Source: Phoronis australis (taxonomy: Eukaryota; Animalia; Phoronida). Taken from it: DNA of 58,864 nt. The stretch is from positions 1,308,140-1,367,003 of the forward strand of contig NMRA01000039.1 in the NCBI GenBank assembly GCA_002633005.1, given 5' to 3'. The notes below the pieces were generated by a model. It was not told the DNA's origin. It did not search any database and saw nothing but the letters and a program-made list of their open reading frames with translations. Positions 32,673 through 47,216 of this stretch are shown piece after piece (position 1 is the stretch's first letter; each line of letters begins with the position of its first letter). The translations under genes were made by a program, and so were the position numbers.

Positions 32673-34804
32673 TGTTTTGTCCAGTTAACTGAAATTGAAC
32701 TCTAAAACGAGGTTATGCTGTGGACGAAAGAATTAGGTGTTTTAACTTTAAAATTCAACTTGGTAGAGATTGATATTTGAAAAATATAACACATGAAATA
32801 GACGTAATTATTAAAACCAAGAAAGCAGAATTGATGGTCATATAATTTTTATTTTCAATTGCGAGCCTGTTTTTTATCGCAATCAAAATATATATTTAAT
32901 AACATCAAGTAATATTTCAGATCAATGACAAATCAACTGTTAGTCCCGGTAGTGCTTACCTCACCAGGACCTAGGCTATGCTTGAAACTAATAGGCCTAC
33001 TCTTGATCAACAAATTAAACCAGATGTGACTAATTGCACATGATAGCAAAATGCTATGAGCCACCACTGTCGAATATATCTTCAACTCGTCAATGAATAC
33101 GACCAGATGGCCTGGTTCGTGTAGAAAACTTTTTATCAAGAATTTATTAGAAGAAGCGTAACCCTGCATTCAGAATGATACCTAATCCGCAATTTGGTCA
33201 TGTTTACTTTTCATGTTTCGAACCTAGTTTTCCGGAAAAAACTTATATCCTTTCGTCAGACAACACTTTGGTGCATTGACTTGTTCTTTAACTGTATTTT
33301 TCTACGTCTCTGTGGTTAATTATTGACACATTTTTTAAGATTTAATATTTAGGTTGGACTCCAAAGACCAGCCATTTAACTCATGCAATGTGAATTTCCG
33401 CTTTGTTTATCGCAGTGAGCCTCGATTTGGATTTTAATGTCTACCGCGTGAATTGGGTCTATAAGAAAACTTCTTTTCACCTTTGAGCCAGGTCTTCATA
33501 TGACACTAGCAACTACTTCTTGATAAATTTCTTCTAGGTGCCTAAATGTTCCTGATGATTTGCTGGTGTGGTTTCAAGGATGCAAAATTAAGAAGTCTTC
33601 ACTCTTAGGTTGTGTGACTGCCATTAAAAAGTGCCCCAAAAGTAAGTACATATTACAACAATTTTCTGGATTTAGGGTGTTTATCATGAAATTTACAATT
33701 TTCTTGATCGACTTTTATCAGTGCACACATTTAATTGACAGCGTTACTTATTGGAGTTTTTCAAAAGTAATCATACATGTACCTCAGTCAAAATAAATTT
33801 AAATTGTACGATCAGAAATGAAACAGTACAGACACGTTCTTTATTTTCATTAAATCAATTAATTTGGTTGAAACCATATAATTTTTGCGTACAAAAATTC
33901 CCGCGACAAAATTCCATCAGCATCAGTTTTGAAATTCGTTCTCAAAGACTGGCTCTAGGTGGAGTAGCTCAGCCTGTTCTATGACCTTTATTCATGGTTC
34001 GGTTTTCCACACGTGAAGATGTAGCGTATATTTCTTTATTAAGTCAAACCTGGAAAATGTTCCGTAGAAGCACCCACAAATCTTCGCGTCAGTATAAAAC
34101 GGATACGGTGAATTTTATCCCATAATGCAATAATCCAGGCTCACCGAACATTCACTTCAGTGACCGCTTTTTTGATAGAGTAACATTTTGAGCATACTCG
34201 TGAAACTCGCGATGTTGCTTGTTCATAAGTGTCTTGTGTCTAGGGAACGTAACCTTATTCAACAATAAATGATTAAATTCACTCCTGAAGGCCTTTGAAA
34301 AAAGGTTATCGGTAAATGAGATTCCTGTTTTAAAGACTGTTCGGGATAAAAAAATTTCAAGAACTGGGATAAATGTAATTATACCACAATATTAGCCTCG
34401 AATGGCCGATACAACCGTGTAATTACCCATTTAGTCATCTTTGGCGCGAACCGAGGCACATTTCGAACCCGGGCGGCAGGAGTTTTGAGTCGTCGACTTA
34501 TTACACCACTCAGCGGCTGACGTCATCATACAGAATACTTAAATGAGCACGCGCAACAATTGCATGTTCTGCCAAGGGCATTGTACTGACATTTATACGC
34601 TATGAAAAATCAGACGCACAATTTCCAATTAAAACGATATTTTAATTCAGCAAAATTTTTTTCTCATGTCCTCTCACTTGTAAATCCCCGATCTCCAATT
34701 TGAATGCGGGTATCGTGTGGTTGGGATCCTAGTTACAAAGCCGAGGCGAGTCGAGAAAGGTAGATCGATCATTGCAATGTTTCTCGTTTAGTATGCGGTA
34801 TAAA

Positions 34805-34965
34805 TAGATTATTACATGTTCTCAGTCGTTATCCCCCTTTTTAGAGCCCTCGTGGATTTAGGAGTATTATCGCCCTCGGGGCTAACGCACCTCGGGCGAT
34901 AATTCTCCAAAATCCACTCGTGCTCTAGAATACGGGGGATAAAGACTTTGTCTTGTAATAATCTA
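34805..34965. mobile_element. palindromic hairpin MITE
   Basis: Almost end-to-end inverted repeat (tagattattaca...attatcgccc / gggcgataat...tgtaataatcta), TA-bounded. Confidence 0.75.
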
Positions 34966-35939
34966 TATGTACAGTGTGTTTTTTGTTTTATCTACGGATT
35001 GAGTGAGCATTTTTTTCTACGATAAAATGCAGTTGTTGTTCGCTAAATAATGTTTGCGTTTTCACAAAAATGACCATGAGTAAAAATGAGCAATTTCTCT
35101 TCCATATCCAATTCCAATTTTAAATTAGTCAAAGTCGAAGTATTTTCCACAGGCAAGTACGTCTCCGATACAGTTGAACAAGAAGCACACACAGTGAGAA
35201 TATTTAGCAATAGATTCACGCCTACCAGTTTTATTTGTTTCTATTTCGAATCACTACAGAACTGTGTCAGTAGCATCATCTTCAAAAACTAGACCAATCA
35301 TAAAATGCGTTTTACCGCACGAAAGGAGGATTTTGGCTACTAGTTTGGAAGCGTTTTTACTTTTGAGTATTAATTTTTATTGGTCTACGACGGAACCCAA
35401 CATTTGACTATGATATCTGGCATAAGAGACTTGAACAGAAATAGGACAATTAACAGTTATTGTCGGTGTTAGTTTTTACATAATGCTATACTTTCGCCGT
35501 ATATTTCGAAGTCAATTCACCGTTTCTTTTCTACAATAGAATGTAACGATAGCAATGGTCACATTCACGAGCGGAACGAGGAGTGGGTGGAGACAGTGGG
35601 CGGGGTTACGTTTGACTGCGAGTGTACACTCCCAATCACGTGGTTGAGTCCTTCTCCGAACGAATTGCCACCAAAGTTGTACAAGAAACTCCCACCGCGG
35701 GGAATCTGCAAACGACAAGGTATACGCTTTATAGTCGCTTAGTATATCGGTGTGGGGACCTGTATTACTTGTTTGGACTGGTTATGAGGAGTAGGCATCG
35801 TCATGAGCAAAATCGGCAAAAATTCCCCGACAAGGCGTATGGTACTTTAGGAGGTCTTTTACCTCGTTACACATGACTTTTTGCAATGAAACTTTTGACA
35901 TGCACTCAGTGGAAGAGTAGTCGTTGAATGTGACCTTAA

Positions 35940-38900
35940 GTACTAGTCCACGAGAGCACCAACCATGAGCGGCAAGGTGGGGGTCAGCCGATTTTCACCA
36001 AATTTGGCACATATGTAGTCCTATGGGATCTATAAACAGCGGTAAAATATTTCCTCAAAATATTGCGTTTTTTTAAAGTTATAGGTTCAAACACATTTTA
36101 CGGCTTCGCAGCCATGTTTTCACGGTATAAAAACTGTCCAGTTTTAACTGTCCATATTTTTCCTTGAATGAAAGCTATTGATTTATTGTTCACTTGGCAT
36201 TGTTTAGTGGAGCCTATAGATTGTTACACAGATGTCTTTTGAAACACGATTCCGATTTACCACCCTCATTTAGTAGTTTTACTACACTGCCCCCCGTTAT
36301 GCCATTTTGAGGTTGTGTTCAGTACACTGCTGTACCAAATCTGCCCCCACTGTTATGAGAATGAAACTTAGCCAAAATGTTGACAAAACATGTTACTTTC
36401 ATTGCATAAAATAAAAACTTTGTCAGCCAGTTTATTAGTTATACATTTTGGCACCTCAAATGTACTAAAATGAGAAATTTTCATATATCTGAGATCGATG
36501 CGTGAGCACCGTAAAATCCGATTGTCCTTCATGTTTTTCGATATTTTGCAACAAGTTAGTTCCTCCTGAATGTTTTGAACGTTTTACTACTGATCACTTA
36601 GGGCTATAGTACCCCTAAATACCATACATGGCTCCATTTTGTAAAAAGCCGATTATGTCCTCCACAGTGAACAGGGTTAGACATGAACTCGACAAATGTA
36701 GGTTATTTTGATTTACAGTTGTTTTACTTTGCAATTTCCTCATGGGTATTTCTTCACACATATTCAAGTCAGATTTTCTGTTGATCAAATGTTCATGCAA
36801 TGCATTGTAATATCAAATGAATGATAAGTTTGGTGGCATGACCGCAATTTTTCCCACGACTTAAAACAAAAGACCGCAGAAATTTTCCTGACGAAATACC
36901 GGGTTTGCAGTTCTCTAAAAACATTCGAATGACAAGACAAACTCCACCACTGTCTGTGGCAACTCGTCGCATGTTTTTCGCCCATCGGTCCTATCATTGT
37001 TTTCCATTGTTGTGTCACTGTTGGATATAACAACACAGGTCGCATGGATATAGAACCTTGCGTACATCAGACCGTTGCCGATAAGTGCTCGTCATTATAT
37101 CTTTATTATAACAATGAAGATGCTAATCTATTGTTCTCTATGCGACCAGGTTTCCCGTGGATGACCACAGAAGAGGAATCCCAAAGTATCCACAAACAAT
37201 GACCACGCACCTTAGTAACTATTACCGCGCACACGAATCCTTTCCGTGGAACCTAAACACCAAATTTTTATATCCGTGTATTGTGTTGTATTGCTCATGG
37301 TACGGGTTCAGAGACTCTGTTGTATTAAGATTCCAATCCCCAACCCAATCTGTAGTTTGAGTAAAATTTCAAGACAATGCAGGTTTATGGATTTATTCTC
37401 CTTAAAATGAAGAGTAAAAATCAAATTCTGCACAGGTTTTTTAAAAGTAATCACTTATTGGAAGATCACACATCTAAAAAATAAAACAATGTTTGACAAT
37501 TTTATTCATTATCTTATTTGAAAATTGCCTACCTCACAGACAACTCATCTAAGCTGAAAATATTCCTTGTGAAAAAATATAAAATACCAACCAGAGACTT
37601 GTGTACTACAGAATATGTTTTCGTAATACAATGCAAAGATAATTGTACAGTCAAAAGTGCAAATATTATGAGTCTAATAAAAAATTGCCTTCTAGATCTT
37701 TTCAACACTCTAATTGCTACAGGACAGAGTCAACCACACAAAGCCCATAAAGTCAGGGAATTACATTTAAGGTGATGTAGTCTCACTGCGAAAAAGTGAT
37801 TTCACAATATCGCTGACAACACTGGAAGTCTCTTCTTCACAAACTTGAGGTAGCTGTATTTACCACATCAATGTTCTTATCAAAACTAACCACCACAAAA
37901 TGAAAAATTGGCATGTCGGTTCCAATTAGGCAGCATTTTACAATGAAATGGTCATGAAAAAATACTTTTGCAACATGGTTTGCATTACAATTGCCCTACG
38001 ATTACAGTTGTACATACATACTAGACCACTAACAAAATTACCCATGGGAACCATAAAATGGTCAATTCGCCAAAAAAACAAGGAGCCACCAGAGCTAATG
38101 TGCCAATACTTTTCAGTACTGCAACAAAAATCATTTGAAGTGGACATAAACTCGCCTAGAATCACATAAAACAACTTTTGATTTAGACATTTTACCATCA
38201 CGAAATAGGTATTACTTCCAGGTCACTTTTGAGCAATTTCAGAACTTTGAAAGATCTGGCAATATGCAATTGCTAGAGACCAGACTAATAGTGTGTGATT
38301 TTATACACACAGCATGGTCTCAAGGAATAGCAAACTGTCAATTCGCTATAATTCCAGAAATCACTTCCCATCTGGATAAGGAACAAACTGAGCAAATTTT
38401 ATACAGGTAAGTGGTCTAAATCAAAACTTATTACCTCCTGGACAGAATATGGGTTTACAACCCAGGTAGAAAGATAAGTTAACAAAACCAGCCTAACTGC
38501 AACAGGGTCTCAAATTTCAGTAATATATACCCATTTACAAACAAAAATCTATAATGGTAAATAAAATGCGGAAACATAAATTCAGATCAATTATGCATCT
38601 TCAAGGAAAAGGAACAGTACAGTGGTCAGAAATCATCTAAATGTGATGGCCACACTGAGAAATCCTGTCAGACCAAAAAATCCAGTGGCTAAACAAAATG
38701 AACAATGTACCATTACCATGTGGCCCAGGATCATGATCCGTGCCCGGAGAAAAATTCAGTCTTAGACTAGGTAAATTTTAGATTTGTGCTGTTCACACAA
38801 GCAGTTCTGGTGCAAACAAAGCTTGCGACAACACACAAGCCTACTTCCCTACACAGCTGTGCTGATACAATAATGCCCCCACTGGATTTAGCAGATCAGC

Positions 38901-40967
38901 CAGAGTATTTACAGGTCCAGCCACTGTACTGTTTCCTCCCTTTGAATTTTTACAATGCTACATCCTTGACAATCGCAGATTGCCTCTTTCTATGCATACT
39001 CCACTTCCTCTGTCCCAGTTTCCCCACATTTGCTGAGAGTGGCCTATCTCAACAAATTACTTTGGACCTGTTGTGGTATAAGCCAGTAATCTTTGGCAAA
39101 TGCTTTTTCCCCAACTCGTTCCTCAAGCTACAAATTCTCTTTTACATATCTTCTGGGAGTAGACTTTTCGGCCTCTCTCTAGCCCCCTCACTTAGTTGTC
39201 CAGAAGGGTACCTTCTTGCTGGTTGTGAACTTTTCCATACCCAACCTTTACTAATAATCGGCAAGTCTCCAACTTCAGCAGAAGCCACTTCTTCAGCATA
39301 AGCCTTTCCTGATTCCTAAAATTGTATTAATGAAAAATTAAACATATTAAATTTAATGTGGCCATTTCGGCTCACAAAATATGAATACCAAGCTAAAGTG
39401 AAGGCACCAATATTTTTGACGGCTTTAGCATGTTTAATTAACTTCATAATCGCAGAAAATCATTGGTAGACAAAACATACTCCCTAGTCTCTAAAAGTAG
39501 TTCATGGGCAGAAGTCATGTTACACATTTGGTGGTTGTTATGAAAAGTTATGATGACTACCTATTTTCTATGCCAATGTATACATGTAGTTGCATAAACA
39601 TCAACACATTTGAATAAGATATGATTAAGCAATAAGGCCCAAGTTATAAGCAATCACGGTGTGTCAATAAAAGTATTTTTGCATGAATGACGTGCTTCTA
39701 AAAATATTCCTCAGGGTCAGACCCTGGAGTTTAGTGATTCCTACCTGAGCTCACACGAAGCAGGACGTTGAACCTTGACTTAACGTCTTTGGTCATTTTT
39801 CAGACCTCTATCAGGCTCTATCAGATTTCTCCTCTAGTGTGCAGTGGATGTTCTCAGTGTCTTTGGCGACAGCAATATATCTCGAGTGTTGTAACGATGA
39901 TTCGGGCAAGTGAATCTAATAAGGTAGATTATGTAGCTCCTGCTCCACACCTGCCTCCGAGGCAGACACTGAGACAGACTACTTCTCAGGAGGACACGTT
40001 CCACCTCCACATCAGCTCCACGTACTCTTATAAGGTGCTCAAATGTCTCGCTCTATACCTTGTGCATTTCCCAAGAGTTTCCAAAGTTGTTTCTCTCCGC
40101 AATTTGTAGAAATACCACATTCGATGCGACTGGCAGTGCCAGATAAATAGATAAATTCGCAAACCCGCACTTTAGGTCAGCCATCATTCAACTAACGCAT
40201 TGTAAGCTTTAGTTTGGTATTCAGACGAGTTGGATGAACAAATTTAGTATAATTTCATATTTTAGTGGGAAATGCTAGTGTCTTTAAAATTAATTAAAAA
40301 CATTTAAGCAAACCAATTCTTTTAATTGTTGTATTATACCACGGCATATTAATGCGTAGAAACGGCGCACAACTAGTGACTGGTTTAACATGACAAATAC
40401 ACATACGCGGTCTGAAAATAGTGAAATTCAGACACCTATTACCAAGCCTGCCTGAAGGGCTGACAAAGTTTTTATTGTATTAATTTCAAGGGCATGGAGT
40501 CTTCTACATGTCCATGTTATTATTTTTAGTTTTCTCGCGGGGGCAGCTTCGCTATAAGGGTACAACTTACTGCTGGTTTTTCACAAGAAGGAAATGTACC
40601 TCCACGGAAACAGTTCCAGTGTTACCATGGTAACAGATATTGCAGTGTCGGTGCCGTTTTTACTGACATTGGTCATGAACCTATCATGTGATATCAAAAT
40701 TGTTCAGAAACGATTCTGTTTGAAGCAGAAACTGGAGTAGAAAATTTGGTCAAAAATGACTTGTTCCACACCAAGAAATTGCCTCATTTTGCCCCCAAGA
40801 ATACTTCCCTTGTATCTCCTAAACCACCAAACTTTGTGGTGTCATACTTCACCCAATTTCTCTCATCCCTAATGTGATTTATCAGGCTAAACATGGATCT
40901 GAATGGCTGACCCCCCACCTTGCCGCTTGTTGGCTGTACAGTGGTCGGTGGATCCGTGGACTGATAC
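35940..40967 (-). mobile_element. ~5-kb decayed DNA transposon flanked by TTAA (Sola3-like, superfamily uncertain)
   Basis: TTAA|gtactagtccacg...agcggcaaggtgggggtcagcc is mirrored by ggctgaccccccaccttgccgct...cgtggactgatac|TTAA. Disrupted minus-strand coding relics lie at ~39745-40160 (TCPNHR, Cys/His-rich) and ~38780-39315 (KGWVWK...WLIPQQVQS, Cys-rich tail). Confidence 0.7.
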
Positions 40968-41994
40968 TTAATTACAATAATAGGGTCCCTACATTAACTA
41001 GGCTCAAGAGATTTCACTGATTGTTTACACAACGATAAACTTCGAGTGTCAATGTCTTTACAATTGTTCTTGTTTAACTTAATTTTGTGTTTGAGTACCA
41101 CCATGTAACCATAGACAACACGCATGAGAAATATCGTTGATATTTGTAATTTGTGGTTTAGGTTACGACACCTACTCTTAAAATGTTTCTACGGAATCGC
41201 CACACTCGAGTGTCGCATGACTTTCCACACACGTCGTGAGCAACTGTACGGTTTCGCATTGAGCCGGTGGTGTTTTCAACTTATTGTTGTCGTCTAAGTA
41301 TGTATACCTGCAGAAAGTAACTCATTCCTATACATAAAAGCCTGTATCTTGATAAAAAAACGTCAAATGACTCTGCAATCGGGATTCACGGCCAAGAACG
41401 TGCTGTCCGTCTTACTGCACAGACTATATCTCCCAGAACAGTAACTGAGATCTGTTGCTTTCTATGACGTAAATCACGTAAATCGCCCAGCACTAAACTT
41501 TAAAGATTAGCCGATTGTTGCGACGACTTCGAACTGGAGGAAATATCTAAAATTCCCATCCAACAAAGCGCAAGGTTTGGCGCGAGAATAACTCAATACA
41601 CCGATTTCCACATTTGGCATGTATAGGAACGCCCATCTTCTTGACTTTCTCCACTACCAGTTCACGTCCCTTCTTATTGGGACTAACTCTTTCAGTCTCA
41701 GTGACAAAATGCCACATATTTTGTATGTACATCCTTTCAACTCCAAGCGCAGATAGGGTGGGTATTTGCTGAAATATTTGCCCCAAATGGACTATAGTTG
41801 TAACAAGTCAGCCTCCCCGAGGTAAAGGTCCATCCCTATCCTATCCGATAGGATAAGATAGGATGTAGATGGACAACAACTAGTACTACTAACCCTAATC
41901 ATAATCAAGTTAAAGATGCTATGTCTCAATAAATTGTAAATATGCAAATGAAGTACTAGTTTACAAACAACCCTGCGTCTTCCGGTGTGCTGGA

Positions 41995-42747
41995 AACCAT
42001 CCGAAGTTCCACTAATCCGAAGGTTCACTACACTGAAGGTTCACTACTCCGAAGGTTCGCCACCTTCGAAAGTTTACTACTTCGAATGCACACAATTCCG
42101 AAACCAGAACTCCGCCACGTCATTACTTTGACTGTCTACTAATGAGTGGAAACTGACGTGATTACATTGTTCACCATCAAACTCATTTCCAATCCCTGCC
42201 AATCGTAATTTTTCAATCTAACCAAAGACTCATTTTCAATTAAGGACAACATCTGGGGCAAGGGTTCGACGACCAACTGCAGTTTAAGTTTAAGAATATT
42301 GGGTGTGACTTTCGTGAAGACTGGCAGGGACAGGGTAGCCAACTAACTACATTTAGCTTCGACCCGGCCGTGCGAGTAGTCGCGTTGTGAGATGATGTGA
42401 TCTTGACAGGGATTTGATGAACGTATCGTGGTTCATAATTCATTAACCTACTTCATGTTCTTTCAGAAATGCAAGTACGTACTCACTTCTACCTACTCGG
42501 AAGACATGCGGGCAATTTTGCAGGCGCATGAAATATAAACAAAATGATTTATTACCCGGGGTTGTTTTTGGTATACTTGCATCTAATAAACAAAGTGCTG
42601 TTGGTTTTTGCATGTAGCAGTACCTGTATAACAATTAGACCTGAATCCGTAAGTTCAGATATTTTCCGAGTAGTGAACTTTCGGAGTAGGAAACACTTGA
42701 AGTAGTCAACCTTCGCAATATGAACCTTCGCAATAGCGGACTGTTCC
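41995..42747. mobile_element. foldback-type element with TIRs built from ~16-bp subrepeats
   Basis: Left (ccgaaggttcactact)n at 42001-42085 is mirrored by (agtagtgaactttcgg)n at 42665-42741. Confidence 0.7.
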
Positions 42748-44559
42748 TGCAATGTAAGCAATGCGTAACATGCAAAAATGCAGACATGAAAGCTTACCTC
42801 AAGTCATTCTCCAACTAAACATTTATTTTTAAGTGCATCACCTGTGGTGTTTTCTTTAAAACCGCATTTTATTTTCAAATTGTTTTCCTGATTATACTAT
42901 CCAAACAGTTTTCTAGGAAGTCGCAACGATGACGCTGGCTACAAATTTAAATATTCACGCTTTTAATGAGACATAGCATATTTATATGCAAAAAGACAGG
43001 GATTAGCCAGCCGAGATCGCGGTCTGACTCGTTGGTCATTCAAGTTAGCGCTTCTTCTATGTTCAGACCTAGTCGAGCTTGTGTAGACTGGGTCGAGGGG
43101 ATTGTGGGCCCGTGGGGGTTTTGGGGTGTGGGATCCAGGGGGTTTAGAACAATTCGGAACCTTGGGCCTGAGAAATATCGCAGAAGGTTCAAGTTCATGG
43201 TCAAGTAAACACCCGGGCCGCTTAGCCTAAACGTACAGAGCCGAGGCGGCATACATGTACTCTCTTAGTTAGGGCTGTCGCTGTTCTCTTTTGATGTGCG
43301 GCTTTGGATTGGTGCATGCGCGCATAAGTTCCCACACTTGAATCTCTGGAGCGCATGTTACATTGGAAGTAACATATGTGAGTGACAGGTGACTCTACAT
43401 ATGTGCGTGCTCAGCCCTTGGAAGAAGGACTTGTTAAATGTGTCTCGTTGGTTCCCTTCGTGTCCCCTGAGGGGGTAGAGTACACGGAGGTATCCTATTC
43501 AACAAAACACGTTTTATCCCTGGTTGATGTAACCTCAGCAGTCATTTTTTACATGTAGATTTACAACGAATAAAGAAAATGGCGGATTGTGAGCGATTTT
43601 AGCCTTGTCAACACATTTGCGAACCAATTTTTTCTCTTCACTGCAATATTTCGTTTCTGAAGTGATGTTTAAGAGCAGCGTGGCCAATTTAACCGGTATG
43701 TTATTCACACTGGGTAAAAACAAAGGCAGCAGCATAAAAAAATCAGTGGCAGTACAACAGTGCACGCAGAAAAGGCCCAACCATGGCTTTCCGATTCACA
43801 AAATATTTTTCCAACACAAATATGCGTACGAACCATTTTTACCTCGGACACCTACTGTCCTAAGTATTAGAGGTATAACGCTATGTTTCAAGAGCCGTGT
43901 ACGAACTAATGGAGTGTACAAAGTGCATGTACGAACTAATAGAGGAAACACCCTGAAAGAAAATGCTTTGGCATTAATTGAAATTACATGTATACGAATA
44001 AATCCAAAAATACCTGGTAATCATTTTGAATTCTGTTTCAGTGGCAGATTATCACTCTCAATATTGCAATACATATTAGTCTGTTGATCGCGTTTCAGCC
44101 CTCTTTAAGTGAACCCATGCAGTATTATAAAAAGATGCTTTCTACCGATTTGGATCGGACAGCACACAACAGTCCGCAATCATTATGTAGGCTAAATTAT
44201 CACTTTATTCATTATCATGCCTTTATCTTAAGGTTGCGCTCGTCCAGGCAGACTTCACATGAATTACGGCGAGACGTATTACGAGGTACGTGATGGCAAA
44301 AGATACAAGTGCACTTGCGTCAAAGGACCAGATCCCGAATTAGCGGATGACACGTCCCATTCGCACATTAAATGCCTGGCTGTTTAGTAGCAAACATTCA
44401 GAGTTTTCGCATTGACTTGTAAAGAATGAAAAGAAACCATAAACAATGATGTGGAGAATGTCTGACTTTTTATGTGCTCTGAAACTCCAAAACTTGATTC
44501 GATTTGCGTAGCTGTGTGCAGCATTCGAAACAAGTGACTGAAAAATACGAACATATAAA

Positions 44560-44794
44560 AAATAATTGCAGGCGGTCTGACACACGTTGTACCAGGCGTG
44601 CGCAGACCTCGCATTTGGGCCCATTACACTGATCAACTGGAAATGTTTTTGTGCTTTATTGATATATGGTGAAAACCGAACTGAGGAGCTAGAAACCTCC
44701 TGGCTGAAGCGTTTAGCAGTGTGACCTGGTAGGACTTGAACCCACGACCTCGAGTAAAAAAAGCGGGCACTTATCAACCAGGCCACACTGCCTC
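44560..44794 (-). mobile_element. tRNA-derived SINE-like element
   Basis: Minus-strand A-box-like TGGCCTGGTTG (44785-44775) and B box GGTTCAAGTCC (44742-44732). The 3' boundary is uncertain. Confidence 0.55.
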
Positions 44795-45704
44795 CTCAAA
44801 TACATGTACGAACATAACATGCGGCTATAAAACTGACTTCCCTCACAAAAAGGATGTACTTAAGCTACTTACAAAATTCATTTATGGACAAGAGGCGTTC
44901 TGGCTATTGGTCTGTGGTCTAGTGGATGAGAGATCAAAATAACTGTGGAAAATACCCGGTATCATCGCCTTCAACTCACGTTAAAATCAAAACTGATATA
45001 CGTGTACGTAAAATGTGTTAAGAGACCGGGGTAAACATGTTTTTGTTGCGTCTATTCACCTATTTCACGAAAGCACCATCTTCCCGCGCCATCTTTAAAT
45101 ACTGATCGAAAACGAGGCACACTGATAAAACCTCGTGAGAGATCATCAGCTGGCCATGGTGTACTGTGCAGTGTCAGAACGTACCAATTCCAGTAATAAC
45201 TCGTCGCTATCCTTCCCAGGTATGTACATGTACTTAGCCACTAGCTCGCCCAGTCGCCAATGCGAGTAAAAATGGTGCTGGGCGAGTAGAAGTTGACTTG
45301 CCTGTCGCCCAGGTGGTAAGCGGATTTCAGAGCGCAAAAGCACTATACACTGTATATCGTTCCCAGATGAATATGAATAATTTTCCTCCTCCTTGTGCTC
45401 TTTTTATCATGAATTTAAGGTTCAGTTTGGTCATCGTGTCGATGCTCCGGCAGTAAAAAAACATCGGCGCAGTGCGACCCTACCGATTCAGTACATGTCA
45501 CACGTTACGCGATTCGTCAAAAAACACGGTGTGTGGTCGTGCACAAAGAATTTGTGGACTAGTCCGTAACGAAGAAAAGGGGAGAAAGGTGGAAGACCGG
45601 TCCATGTGCTCATAGCAAATGAAATACTATATTCCTTGAAACTGATTTCTTATTGTAATGTACAATGTCATTTTAGCCAAAATTATTTTATAACATGATC
45701 GTCC

Positions 45705-47216
45705 TACAGGTGTAATAAGCGCCCATGCCCCTATAAGCGTCCCCACTCGTTTTCAGACTTCGCTAAAACAAGCGCCCAGTCCATGAATGTGTATATATTT
45801 GTGCGAAAAAATGCCTTACCTCACAGTTCTAAAATTCTCCAGTAATGTATTCAATTTATCAATAATATCCGACAGTCCTGAAAAATCATTGTGCACGGAA
45901 TTTCTCGTAGACCACGAGCCTCGCCGCTATGTCGGTATTTAGCCGTGGCTGTACACTTCAAACCGTTCCGCAGTGCTTCAAAAAGAACGCAAAAGATTTG
46001 CTAATCTTGCAAGGAAAGTGTCACACTATATGGTCTCGCCCTTCAGAACAGACGCAGCGTACTGGTAACGGGATTGGCCGTATTGTATCTTTCCCGTACA
46101 GATCTTCTCCCACAACAGGAATCCAGGGCCCCGTCTCTAATCTTTGTACTCGAAACGAACTCGTAAATATGTTTGGCAATTTCTCTGCTCCTTTTGTGCG
46201 AACTTAAGATAATTGGTTATCAGACTGTGCTCGAATACATTATAGTTTATGAATAGGAGTTTCTAGTTCAAGTTTGCCCTTGAAGACCCTTATATTCGTG
46301 TTACAAACTCGAGTAAAAACTCGAACTTTCGAGTTCAAAGTCGAACTTATTGCTTTAATATTGGGTTTACAAACTGTGAACTAAGGGCAATAAATTATCT
46401 ACGTAAGTTGTTGTGTAGTCGAGCATAGAATAATAGACACTTATCTTGTTTTCGCCCAAAAGTAGAGTAGAAAATGCCAAACCTAATTTCGAGTTCCATT
46501 TCGAGTAAAAAGATTGGAGACCGGGCCCAGATTGCTTTGTACACGTCAAATTATAAAAACCGCGAATTGAAACTTGGCCAAGAAGCTCGCTAGGGCCTAC
46601 ATATAATATGTGGGCCTGCTCAATGAGATAAATATAACTACACATACAGCTCATTGTGCCTGTTACTCTGGCAAATGAACACTGATGACACGCACGCGCT
46701 CGCTCACTCGGTGCACACCAGCTGACTCACTTCAATACAAACGTCACGCAAAAACATGTGTTTGTCCAGAGTTTTCTCGTTGCGGGGTGCGATCTAGCGC
46801 ACTTTTTTACTTAATCTGCTTTTAATCCCGACTCCGAGTCCACCGGAACTTAGAATCTTAGGAAAGGCCATTTGGAAAACTTAAGGAGGTTTTCAGGTAA
46901 TTTGAGTCGAACCTATTTTTACTCAAGAATTCAAGTTGTCCTATCGACGATCGCGAAGCAGCGACGCATCACTGAGTCGGCAAGTTTTCGCCCTGGGATT
47001 TCAGCACATTTTTTTAAAAAGATCGTAATTTAACAACAGAGTTTGATAGCAATGCACCACAGTTTTGTAGACAGTCTGTCATAGGTTACATACGTCAAAG
47101 CGCGTAAATTTGATGAATCCTAGCTTCCGAGATTTCACCCGTTTTGGAGACCGGGTTTTAACCGCCGTATGCTACAAAAGGTGTCCCCCTGGGCGCTTAG
47201 TAGGGCGAATACGGTA
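45705..47216 (+). mobile_element. pogo/Tc2-like non-autonomous element with a nested MITE
   Basis: taataagcgccc subterminal motifs at the left and gggcgcttagtagggcgaatacgg-TA at the right. An inverted second copy lies at ~49960-50995. Confidence 0.65.
46127..46527. mobile_element. Harbinger-like MITE with CAG TSD
   Basis: TIRs ggccccgtctctaatcttt / aaagattggagaccgggcc with TSD cag/cag. The empty site is visible in the paralogous host copy at ~50035-50065. Confidence 0.85.

Noticed and set aside
34450-34522. minus-strand tRNA or SINE head
   Set aside because: Both boxes are degenerate (ccGCTGAGTGG, GGTTCGAAATG), with no cloverleaf and no second copy in the window.
38786-39301. 171-aa plus-strand ORF as a host gene
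   Set aside because: It is the antisense shadow of the minus-strand transposon coding relic.
43605-44087. 160-aa ORF and other short ORF-track entries
   Set aside because: Many use non-ATG starts, and they show no recognisable domains or splice context; many overlap repeats.
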